Source: Octopus sinensis (lineage: Eukaryota). Taken from it: 64,000 nucleotides of DNA. Below, in pieces: positions 39,180 to 50,450 of this stretch; within the stretch, counting starts at the first letter, position 1; each line of letters opens with the position of its first letter. The stretch spans positions 168,144,001-168,208,000 of the forward strand of contig NC_042997.1 of assembly GCF_006345805.1 (NCBI RefSeq). The letters run 5' to 3'. Below the pieces are notes generated by a model. It made no database searches. It saw nothing but the letters and a program-made list of their open reading frames with translations, and was not told the DNA's origin. A program made the position numbers and the translations under genes.

Positions 39180-39500
39180 TATAAAAGCGAACTAATTAAA
39201 GTAGTTTGGATATTATTTGCGAGTCGACAATTTAATAAGTTCACCGGAAAAAAATGACGCGATCTAAATGGCAAAAGATTTTGTACGAGGATCAGGGAGT
39301 TAGTGATAATTATGTTGATGAGACATTTTTGGATGAACTCAAAAAAAATCGTATGTGATTATATTTAAGTGTTCTTCTAATTAAAGCATTTTTACTCATG
39401 TATTGATTGACCCTTATTTAGTTATAGAGTTGCTTGATTTTAGGCATAGCGTTTTCGACGGTGTAGTTTCGTCGCTGTCAGGTACGAGCAAACCACGAAT
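39180..39500 (+). promoter_or_regulatory. CpG-rich 5' region of PIGC
   Basis: Local CpG enrichment around the PIGC ATG and into the start of intron 1. Confidence 0.45.
39254..39350 (+). CDS. PIGC: PIG-C (GPI-GlcNAc transferase subunit C), coding exon 1 of 7
   Basis: ATG at 39254; MTRSKWQKILYEDQGVSDNYVDETFLDELKKN matches the PIGC N-terminal KWQKVLYE..PDNYVD..FLEELRKN motif; GTATGT donor at 39351; 97 nt, ends phase 1. Confidence 0.93.
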
Positions 39501-41162
39501 GAATGAAAACAACACTGAAGAAACAAATTGAAATTAAATGTGTATAAAAGAACATTATTTATCTAAATCTCCAGTTATAGGTTCGCTAGCTAAATTCATA
39601 AAGCATCAATAAATGAAATTAACCATCTGGCTAAGCACATAATAGTGTTTTATATCGTTCTTCTGCCTTTACGTTCTGGGTTCAAATTCCACCGAGGTCG
39701 ACTTTGCCTTTCATCCACTCGGGGTCGATAAATAAAGTACCAGTTACGCACTAGGGTCGATATAATCGACTTAATCCGTTTGTCTGTCCTTGTTTGTCCC
39801 TTGTGGGTAGTAAAGAAATAGGTATTTCCTTCGGGCTTTGTTTTGTCCCACCAATATATATATCATTGTATAGGCATAACTATTTCTCCGTTTCCGTTGA
39901 TTTGGCAGAAAAGTGAATGATTATCTGTCTTTGAAGAAAACTACAAACGAAACATTGCCAAAACTAATAATACTGAACTATTCCCAAACTTGACTGTGTT
40001 TGTTCTGATGTTTTTCTCTCCGACTTCCAATTCTTCCCGAACAGGCCAAACCTTTTTCACCCTGCCTATTCTTCACCTCACTGTATTTTTTTAAATTACA
40101 AATTTTAATTAATAATGACTGGCGTCTCAATTCTTTTCATTTTTGTTTTTAACAAATTTCATATTTTGAGTTGTCACCCCTGCCTATGTTTGATTTCTCT
40201 TAAGCGTTGTTCGGCAATGTTTACCTCTCCGTAAAACATGTATAGTTTCATTAATTAAAATAATCATGCTCGCCACTCTTACGTTACGTGAGCACTTATT
40301 TCACTGTCCTTACAAGCACAGGAAAATCGATGTGTGTATGTATGTATGTATGTCGTTTCAGTTGTTGGACTGCGGCCTTGCTGGGCATCATAAACAGTTT
40401 AGTTAAACAAGTCGAGATGGGTTTGTCTTATGAGCCCACGAAACTCTTAATAATATAGAGCTGAGTCAAACTAAAGTCAGTCAATAGTCAAGGATTTAAA
40501 TTGATCCCATTAAGGGATCAAAGTAAAACTACTATTAAGTGGAACTTGATAGCCAGAAAGATAGCATGTCGTGTGTGTGAGCATGAGTGTATACAGGTGT
40601 TATTGTTTATGCTATGGATATCAAATAAATGTCAGATTGAAATAAATACTAGGTTTCAAGTTAATGAGGGGACTTTTACATACATGACCATTTAAATTAC
40701 TAGAAATAAGTCAACTTTCCTTGAAACATATCCTACCATCTTAGAAAAAAAACACACTTCAGATAATGTGGTCTGTTATACTGAAAACAGGACGGGATAG
40801 TCATACCTTAAATTCCTTTTGGTCATAGGTTTTCTCAACTACCGCTAACTTGGAGGTAAAGAAGTACTTGCGTTAATGTTAACAAAACCCTTGAAGGCAG
40901 TGCTCCAGCATGACCACTGTTTATAACTGAAAATCTATATGAAGTGTGAAAGTGAATATAAAGTTCTAGAGCTCGCTTTTTTTTTTCTGATTCATTGCCT
41001 GCAATAATATTGATGAATACATGGAAATATGAATTCGGGAAAATATAGAATAAGTCTGTTTGCAGCGATAGTTATGTTGATTTTATAAATTATTAATAAT
41101 TGTTGAAGGATATTCCTTAAAAACGCAATTGATACTTCATTAAACATTATTTCTATTTTTAG

Positions 41163-41232
41163 TGTATATCAGATCCTATGATTACTGGAGGGCTGCTCAG
41201 GAGTCAGGTACATTTACTCAACAAATGTGCAG
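41163..41232 (+). CDS. PIGC: PIG-C coding exon 2
   Basis: tttttag acceptor, GTATGT donor; LYIRSYDYWRAAQESGTFTQQMC(S); 70 nt, phase 1 to 2, fits both neighbours. Confidence 0.9.
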
Positions 41233-42191
41233 GTATGTTGAGACTGTTACACTAAAAATTACTTCATTATATCATTCATTCTGCCTTTTTATTAGTTCTT
41301 TTGCATCTCCCATTTGCCGTGTATCCGTGATTGGCTTATAGTTTTAGTAGCACTGGTTCCTTCTTGACTTGTCCCTATCAATTTGCAAGTTTCAATATTT
41401 TTTCTGTTTAAGTGGTGAGTTGGCAGAATTGCTTGCGCATCAGACAAAATGCTTAGTGGTATTTCTTCCAGCTTTTTACATTCTGAGTTCAAATTCCTCC
41501 AAGGCCCACTTTGCTTTTCATCCTTTCAGGGTCAGTAAAATAAATACCAGTTGAGTACTGGGGTTGATGTAATCGACTAAAGCCCTCACCCCTAAAATTA
41601 CTGACCTTGTGCCAAAATTTAAAACCAATATTTTTCTCTGTTTACCTTCCATGTTTAGTGTTCAAACATGTTAGCAATATTGGAACTTAAATATATTGAT
41701 AAGTTAATTTGAGATATTCTGATAGTAATTTCTGTTAGCTTGTATCACATAGCCAAGTTTCCTGGGGCTAAATAGCAGTAGCATTCTTCCCTTTCCTGGG
41801 ACTGCTACATTAAGTTGGAAACAAACCATCACTTTTTCCATTATTTATTTTATCGTTAAATTTTTATTTATAGGATTCAATTAAAAATTCTTAAGCAATG
41901 CTAGAAAAAATTTTTTTTCTGTCCCTCATTAATTAACCTTGGAATATTAAATGTTGGAAAGAGTAGTGATAGAAACCTGGGTTCTGTGTTTTTGAATATA
42001 TAATTTATTACCCTTTTTTTCTTCTTCATTTCAAATTTAGTTGTGAACTATATTTCTTGCTATTTCTTTTGAACCAGTCCAATAGGCTATACTTCACCCT
42101 TTAAAAAATGAATGTTGTGCTAGAGAAATAAAATCAATGAATAGTAAATTAAATTTGTTTCTTTTTTTTTCTTAAATCTCTTTTATTTCAG

Positions 42192-42343
42192 TGTTTGCAT
42201 TTTTGTTGTTGTCTTCATATACATGGATCAAGAAAAGCTGAGCCCCCAAGTACTTTTCATTGTTTCTTCTCTTTTGACTCTCATTGGTTATTGCATTAAA
42301 GTTATCATACATGACAAACAAGAAATTAACAATAAAAGAACAA
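42192..42343 (+). CDS. PIGC: PIG-C coding exon 3
   Basis: tatttcag acceptor, GTAAGT donor; VCIFVVVFIYMDQEKLSPQVLFIVSSLLTLIGY.. (human VCVFVVIWWYMDEG); 152 nt, phase 2 to 1. Confidence 0.92.
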
Positions 42344-43656
42344 GTAAGTAAATTATTGTTTTATCATTATTTTCATTGTTATCACTATTTTACAATCATT
42401 CTCCATGTTGGTATTTTTTTATGGTTGAATATATTGAAATGGATTGTATAACACATTACTACTGCAGCATAATTTTTTCCCCCCTTACTGTATTTTATTG
42501 ATGTAAGTTCAATTAGGCTTTATTTAACTCTTGCTTTCTAACCTAAGAAAAGTACACTTTCATTTTAATTGCTATTTAACCCCTAAACCTATATGATATC
42601 TTATTTTAAGTTAGTAAGATGTTGTCAGCTGGTTGAAATGAAAAAAATTATTGTATTGTTTCTAACACTGTGTTGTGTCCTTAAGAAAAATACTTAACTT
42701 ATAAAAGTTCAGTCCACCTGGCCATAAATAGATGAGCACCATACGAGTATGATCATTAATAGAGCGGCTAACCGGCTTCCGTGCCAGTGGCACTTAAAAG
42801 GCACCATTTGAGTGTGATTGTTACCAGCGTCACCTTACTGGCACCTGTGCCGGTGGCATGTGTAAAAGATTCGAGTGAGGTCCTTGCCAATACTGCCAGG
42901 CTGGCCCCATGCCAGTGGCACATAAAAACACCCACTACTCTCTTGGAGTGGTTGGCGTTAGGAAGGGCATCCAGCTGTAGAAACTCTGCCAGATCAAGAT
43001 TGAGGCCTGGTGCAGCCATCTGGTTCGCCAGCCCTCAGTCAAATCGTCCATGGAAAGCGGACGTTAAACGATGATGATGATGTTTACAAGCAGTGATGAT
43101 TTCATTAGTTTGCTCAGCTGGTCTCAAATGTGCCTTTGCAAAAAATCTGTGATAGATTGGCATCATTTCCAAGAGAAGAAATACTGTAAAAGTACTTCAT
43201 ACAAAGAGATATAAAACTTCCATGATATACTATGGTAAAGAGCATTAGATGAAATAAGACTTGGTACTAACATTATGAAATTATTGGTTTCAAATGTTGG
43301 CACAAGGCCAACAATCTCGGGGAAAGGGGTAAGTTGATTACATCATCCCCAGTGCTCAACTGGTACTTATTTTATTGATCCTGAAAGGATGAAAGGCAAA
43401 ATAGACCTTGGCAGAATTTGAACTCACAATATAAAGATGGGCAAAATACCACTAAACCTTTTGCTCTGTGTGATAATCCTGCCAGCTACATGAAGTTATT
43501 GAAAAAAATTTAGTGCTTGATTTTTCAATTCAAAAATTTACCCATTCCTATGAAGATTTCTGTAATGACTGACTAACTTTTAAATAGTTGTTATACAACA
43601 GATAATTTTGACAGAACATTTTGATATTAGATATTTCTAAATATATTCCATTACAG

Positions 43657-43825
43657 AAATGGATGATCTGAAGACAGCTGTGATATTTGTATCATTCAGT
43701 TTAATTCTGTGTCCAGTACTTGTATCTTTGACACAGACCATCAGTACAGATACCATTTATTGCATGAGTACAGTAATGTTGCTCTCCAATGTTCTCTTCC
43801 ATGACTATGGTCCTTATTCTGCTGT
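43657..43825 (+). CDS. PIGC: PIG-C coding exon 4
   Basis: ttacag acceptor, GTAAGT donor; DLKTAVIFVSFSLILCPVLVSLTQTISTDTIYCMS..FHDYG contains the hallmark STDTIY motif; 169 nt. Confidence 0.95.
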
Positions 43826-44079
43826 GTAAGTATATGAGACTTTCAATAGTGATTCTATAGTGCATAATTCAAGTAACACAATTTGTTTCCTGTGTAATAC
43901 ATGTTGCACTTTCAAAGACTGTTATTACCAAAGTATTAAAAATTAGAAAAAATCCATAACATCCACTGCTCTTATAGATATTTCTAAATAATCTACCCAC
44001 CAACAATTATCGTAGGAAAGACTAGTGACACATTTACCACTTTCAAATATAAAGTTGGAACCAGCAAAAAATTTGTTAA

Positions 44080-44299
44080 CCCTTTCGTTACCAATCCGGC
44101 TGAAACCGGCTCTGGCTTTGAGTAGAAATGTCTTGTTTTCATGACTTTTGAATTAAAATCTTCCACCAAAACTTAGTCACAGTTTATGTTCCTAACACTA
44201 GCTGAATGATAATTAAGTTATTTTACTAAATTTTTTGTTATATTTAAAGTAATTGAAAGAAACACAGAGCATCTCAAAATAAATACAGTAACGGAAGGG
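44080..44299. mobile_element. piggyBac-type MITE family 1 copy in PIGC intron 4
   Basis: TTAA flanks, CCCTT/AAGGG ends, homologous to 12130-12350. Confidence 0.8.
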
Positions 44300-45457
44300 T
44301 TAAAGGGCATGAGGTCTACATGGAGCAAGTGAGCATGTTTTAACAAACTTTATATTGGTTTTAGCTTAACCAGATACATCAAAGAGAAATAGAAACAAAA
44401 TGTTGAATCCTCATTCTGTAATTATGGGACACAACAGTCCAAACTTTGAGTACCCTGCTAGTTTGTCCATTTTTGGATTCTCCTTGTTTGAATTATTTGA
44501 TATAGACATCAAACACCATACAAACATTTTACTATAGAACTATTACTTTCATTAAATTGATTTGTTAATGGAATAAATTAGCATTGTATTTAGTTTATAG
44601 GAACACTTTCATCAATTGACTTGCACTTGTTTTGAGGTTTTCTTGTGATAGGTGAGTCCTATTTTATATATCTACAACAAGCCAGCTTGGTGCAGCCCAT
44701 CTTCATGTTGTACCTGCAGGAAAGCACTGCAGGCTAAATAAAATGCTTCATTTTGACAGGGCTGTTGCTCATAGCAGTACTTTATACCACCCTATGATAC
44801 CTGCTAAAAGTTAGATTAACTAGGCCATTGAGAGCTAAATGTCTTGGTTGCAGATACAGCATACTTCCAGTAATTCATCTCTCCAACTTAATATTTTCAC
44901 TCAGTAATTCTATTCAATAAAGACCTTGAAAACGTTAATACTTTAAATCTCTTGAATGAAATGCTCATTAAAAAAAATTACTACTTTAAACAAAATTAAT
45001 CTTAAAAAGTTTATATGTGCATTGTCCTTAAATTTAAAAATTTTGTCTATTAATACATTGTTATACTTACATCTTGCAATTAAACATATGCACTATTTAT
45101 TTGATCTTCACTTTAATTTCATTAATATTTTTTTTTAGTTTGTCAAAATTTTTATTCTGTTTGGGAATAGGCAGAGCATGAGGAGACACATGGGTCAGAG
45201 AGTCACTGAAGAGGTCGCAGAAAGTGGCAAAAGAACTTTGACAGATAAATAAACTAAAAAAAAATTAATAATACTTAAACTAAAGTGCATGTGTTTAATT
45301 GGCAAAAAATGTTCATCCCTGAGTATAACAATATTTGTTTCAACACACATTTTCACATCAAGAATCTTGCAAGACAAATACACAAACATATTGATACATT
45401 GTTTTCATTATATATATATAGATATATATTGTTGTTACTCTAATTTTCATTCCACAG

Positions 45458-45605
45458 TGTGTCAAGTCCTTTGTCATTGAATGCAGCTATCTTTGCTGCT
45501 GTTTGTTTAGCATCAAGACTCCACACACCTTTACATGCTTTCTCGATTGTGACTTTTGCACTTGAAATCTTTGCATTGTGGCCTATGCTTCGAATAGAGT
45601 TAAAG
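45458..45605 (+). CDS. PIGC: PIG-C coding exon 5
   Basis: tccacag acceptor, GTAATG donor; [31 protein letters not shown] matches the conserved PIGC core; 148 nt. Confidence 0.95.
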
Positions 45606-46679
45606 GTAATGAAAAGCATGATTTTATTGGTTTATTAATGAATGCAATATATTGTCTTTGCTTAAACAAACAAACAATTCTTTTCATAAGCAGAGTGCAT
45701 CATTATTTTAATTTTAGTTTTTCACTGTTTAACATGAGTTGAATAGTCTGCAAAACAAGTTTTTTCCAAAAGCTTTTCTAGTTTCATTTGAGTATCTTAA
45801 TGTTTCTATTGGACATTAGTTTACTGAACAAAACTGTAAATTCTGTTTGATTTTAACATTTGTAGAACTGCTTTGTCACTCATTGCATGTTAGGTAGTTA
45901 TATATAAGTTGAAAGTTCTACAAGTTTTATATAAGTTGAAAGGTTTTCAAACATTGTTAGATCAAGTAGTGTTAGATAGCTGTATGATGTTTCATCAGTT
46001 ACATTACACAACCTTGAAATGGGAGTGATGCATGCTTTAGATTGAATTACTCAACTTCTCTGACTATATATATTAATGCAATATACATGGTATATATTCA
46101 GTAATGTATACTCTTGCAGCTAGCTGCCATATACAAATCAAAATTATGAATTATAGCAACACAGTGAGCTGGCGGAATCACCAGCATGCTGGGCAAAATG
46201 CTTTGCAGAATGTTTGTCTTTACATTCTGAGTTCAAATTCCGCCAAGGTCAACTTTGCTTTATGTCCTTTCAGGATCAATAAAATAAGTACCAGTTCAAC
46301 TCTGGGGTCGATGTAATTGACTTACCCTATCGCCATAAAATGCTGGCCTTGTGCCAAAATTCGAAACCAATACTATGAATGATGGCAATAGCAATTGCTG
46401 TTACAATCAGTAATTAATGTTCTGCTTGTGTTGGAAATTTAAATAATACTTTTGTAAGTTGTGTTCAACTTTGTTGCTCAACTCCTGAATATACCAGTTC
46501 ACACAGTAACTGTATAATTAGATCATTGGTGATAGTGAATGCCGTAAAAAGACTGTTGGCTCTGGTATGGTACTAACAGTAATAGTTCAGGTCTCTCGTA
46601 TGTGTTACTGATATAAGACTTATTACTATGAGATTGTGATATGACATATAATTTAAATAATAATAATAATAATGAAATT

Positions 46680-47112
46680 ATTGTATACAGTGTTCAGGTG
46701 CACCACAACTTGTCAAAAGTGCGTATAAAGAATATGCAGTAATGTACAAATGTCTGGAAAGTGAACAGTGTATGAGTCAGATACATGCTTGAGTGTGTAT
46801 GGAGGGGAGAAAATCAGGTGTAGTATTGGCGAATCTCAGGAAGCATGGAAGTTTTGAAGGATGCAGTGCTCCGACAACTAACAACTGATGCTGGCAGTTT
46901 GTTCCATGCTTCAGCAACTCTTAGCATGAAAAAATGCTTCTGAAAGTCATGGGAGCAGTGCTGTTTTCTGACTTTGTAAACATGTCCACAGGTGTTAGAC
47001 AGATGGAGTTTGAAAAGGTGCTCAGGGTTACTGTTAGTAAGATGGTTAATAATTTTATGGGTGTCTGCCAAGTCAGCTGCCAGACGTCGGAGTTTCAATG
47101 TATCCATGCCCA
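46680..47112 (-). mobile_element. CR1/L2-like LINE 3' end in PIGC intron 5
   Basis: CGHVYKVRKQH..FF.LRVAEAWNKLPASVV..STASFK C-terminal motif. Confidence 0.8.
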
Positions 47113-47471
47113 GGGATGTATTCAATACGCATTATATGGTGTGCACAAACAAAATCCAGGTATGTAAGTTGTATGAAGATTACATAACATTTGTCTCTAA
47201 TCTGTCCCACTGCCCAGCTGCTAAGGTAATAAAATACTGTATTGGATGCTTTATGTTATCTAGTTCAGTATTTTTCTGATCCAATGTATAACTAGGATCA
47301 GCTTTACTTATTGTCTCCCAAGGTTCAATAAAATAATCATCAGAATATACTATACCTTATCTGTTATAATTATTCAAAATGAATGCAAATGACAGTATTA
47401 AATATTTTTTTTTTTAATTGATTTCTTGATTTTTAAATGAAATTTTTTTCTGCTGTTGATTATCTTTATAG

Positions 47472-47638
47472 AAAAGAGGTTCTATTTGCCAAAATACAAT
47501 GAGTGTTTTAGTTGGTGTGATAGCCAGTGCAGCATTGTGGTCTGTGTCACCTTTTGGAGCAACCATTTTTATCACTGTTCATCTCCTGATCAATTTTGCA
47601 TGTCCAGCATGGCTTTGCAGGCTTCAGTCATCTAAGAA
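47472..47638 (+). CDS. PIGC: PIG-C coding exon 6
   Basis: tttatag acceptor, GTAAGA donor; hydrophobic helices ending NFACPAWLCRLQSSK (human CLCPFYLIRLQLFK); 167 nt, phase 0 to 2. Confidence 0.9.
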
Positions 47639-48107
47639 GTAAGATTTAAGCATTTTATATTTTTTTCTGGTGAAATAAACGTGTTGTTTCATTGCTTATA
47701 CTTGCTTAGCTGTCTAGAGTTTCATGATCATTTTTCTAAAATCATCTAAGATATACCTTGCTTCAGTCTCATATTAGATCATACTATACATTCTACAATA
47801 GAATGGGTTCCTTGTGGGGCATAGTATAACATTCAGCTAAAAAAAAAATCATTACAAGAAGATAATGTAAGCAATAAATATGTATAAGTTCTAAAGAAAG
47901 AACAACATTATCTCTTCATTTGAAGATATTGATGTAAATCATTAATGGAAGCTATCTAGTAATAATATCTTATTTGTACAAATTACATATGAATATAATA
48001 TTAGAGGACTGCAAAATGACATAGGTTTTAACAAAGCCAGATGATTCCTAGTAACTTTAGTTTTGTTAGTATATAAGCATTTAACAAACTTTTTCTTCTT
48101 CTTTCAG

Positions 48108-48177
48108 CAATATTTATGGTCCTTGGGATGAAGCCATCATCAACAGCATGGAACATCCAAAGGTTGCTAGAAACTGA
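48108..48177 (+). CDS. PIGC: PIG-C terminal coding exon 7
   Basis: Polypyrimidine tract plus cag acceptor; NIYGPWDEA is the PIGC C-terminal signature; TGA at 48175-48177. Spliced CDS totals 873 nt (290 aa plus stop). Confidence 0.95.
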
Positions 48178-49399
48178 TATCTTCACCAAAGAGTTAAGAA
48201 TTTTTTTTCAATGTTGATGTATATATTTAAAAGCTGAAATGTTCCAGAAGTCTGTAAGTAATCATAAACTAGGAAGAATTTGAGATTCTATAAAAACACT
48301 TGGCTAAAGTCTCTTTGATTGGGTGAATGTCATTCATCAACTTGTAAACATCCTTCATCAGTATCTGCTGCAAGGCTGATAATGAAATATCTGAGATTAA
48401 CAATTACTTTAAGAAACCATATCTTTAACATTACGAAACAAAAACTAATTTATTTGGTCGCTTCTTAAGGGTAATCGTAATCTAACCTTTTCATTATTGC
48501 CTCACTAGTTATCAAGATTCTACAATCAATCTATCAAATGATCCTTCACTGCTCGCCACCACTGTTAATATCCTGAACAATTTCCTTGATTAATTCATTT
48601 AACATCAGAAATGATTTTATGTTGGTGAAATCCTAAGTATTAAGAGTGTGAATTGTCTATGTAGGTAGAGATTAGGTTTGATAAATAGCAAGATATTGCC
48701 TCTTCCTTCTTGAATTTAAACTTCTGAGAGGATTTTACTTATGCTGTCTTTATTGCCACCTGTTTCTTGTTTGAGTGGTTCTTTAAGGACAGCAATGATA
48801 TGAAATTGGTTTCTTTATCTGAAATGAATCGATATCAAATTGTTGGATAACTCTTGTTTATCATCAGATAACATGATGTAATTCATTCATCCTGTTCAGG
48901 GAAAATAAAAGCAAAGTATATAGAGAATATATACTTTTTTTCCTTGGTAAATAATTAATAATCCAAGGCAATATATTTAATTTCATTTACATATTTATCT
49001 TTATTTGTAAAAAGCTGTTCTGAGATGTCATTTCACGTCTGTGTGAAGTGTTAGACAATCTTCTATATTATGTTCAAATAGTTGAAGATAAAAGAAGGTT
49101 AAGTAATAATTGATAACTATTTTTGTTAAAATTGTGTTGTGGATAACTCAGAAAGAAGAATAGTGGAGTAAATTGATAAAGCTAAAATGTTTAGCTTATA
49201 ATTAAAATAAAGAGCAATAAATGAATACTTGATTGTTGCTGCTTTAGGCTTAAAAAGAGTTAGCTAGATGTTTGTATTATAGGAAAACTTCTGAGAAATT
49301 TCCATTGCAGCCTTTTGGGAAGACAGGGAAGTTGAATGTTCAACCATTATTCTCTTTTTCATTTCAGTCATGTGGCTCTGTCATGCTGGTGCACCACTG

Positions 49400-50450
49400 T
49401 AAAGGTTCTTGACATTCCACATGTATATGCCCAAAATGTGAGTTAAAATAGCTGCCTTCACCAATAAACTGAAATGGAAAATTTCCAGAAGTTTTCTGAG
49501 GTTCCACAGATGAACAAGGAAAAAAGTTTGCCAGCTGTTTCTGTGTATTGAAATGGCATTGTGGACTTTATTGATCTCAGAAATTCTCCTGTCAACTTCA
49601 ATTTTGTTTTGTCTTCTAGCAGAGGCTTTCAGACATCTGTGGAGATTCAGATTGATACTATTCTCTGCATGGGATCATTGGTAGTTTATCACTGATAGTG
49701 GCCAGTCTTTTCTCATCTGATGTTTCTGGTGCTTCCTGTCTTTTTTGTCTTGTTCAAATAATTTGTAGCCCAAATAACAGACTTTCTTCTCTTGCTCTCT
49801 ATCCTTTGCAACAGTTTTCAACTGTTTTGGCTGGATGTCACAGAGTGTGAGGTTTCACTTCAAGATATCTCTGAAATTCAGTTATGGTCTTCCAAGATGA
49901 TGTTTTCCTGTCACCAGTTCAGAATTAAATATAATCTTTGAAGAGTCATCCTTTGAATATATCCAATGCAGTTGAGTTGATGTCTAATGATCATTGTTTT
50001 GATGCTTGTAATTTTTTGCTTGTTGTAGGATATTGGTGTTGGTCTTTTATTCCTAATTAATACCTAGTGCTGAGAAAAGTTTTGATGGAACTATTCATTA
50101 AGAAGTTGATGTCTTGCAAGCATAAAGAAGTGTTCTGATAACTACTGCTTGGTATGCAGACAAGTTGGTGTACCAAGCAGTAGTTATAGCACACTGCTCT
50201 ACACTTGCAAGGCATAGACTTCTTAACAGACAGATTGGTGGTAGTTTTGAGTTTGAGGCCCTCGAAAACTTTTTGATAAAGTATTCTATATGGAGTATGG
50301 GCTGCACATATCCTGTTGTTGATTTTGTCAATGGTTGTGTTTGAAGATTAAAATGGAACCAAGTTATAGAAAGCAGGAGACCTGTTTGGATTGTTGCTGG
50401 CAGTTATTGTGATGTTTTGTTGTGGGTATCTTGGAGGGAATTGATACAGG
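49400..50450 (-). mobile_element. Highly degenerate RTE-like LINE remnant
   Basis: YLGS..ID.INNRI.AA and VIRTLLYAC-like C-terminal motifs. Confidence 0.45.

Noticed and set aside
39455-39485. Hammerhead-like CTGACAG..GAAAC on minus
   Set aside because: The core does not match CUGANGA and there is no stem II.
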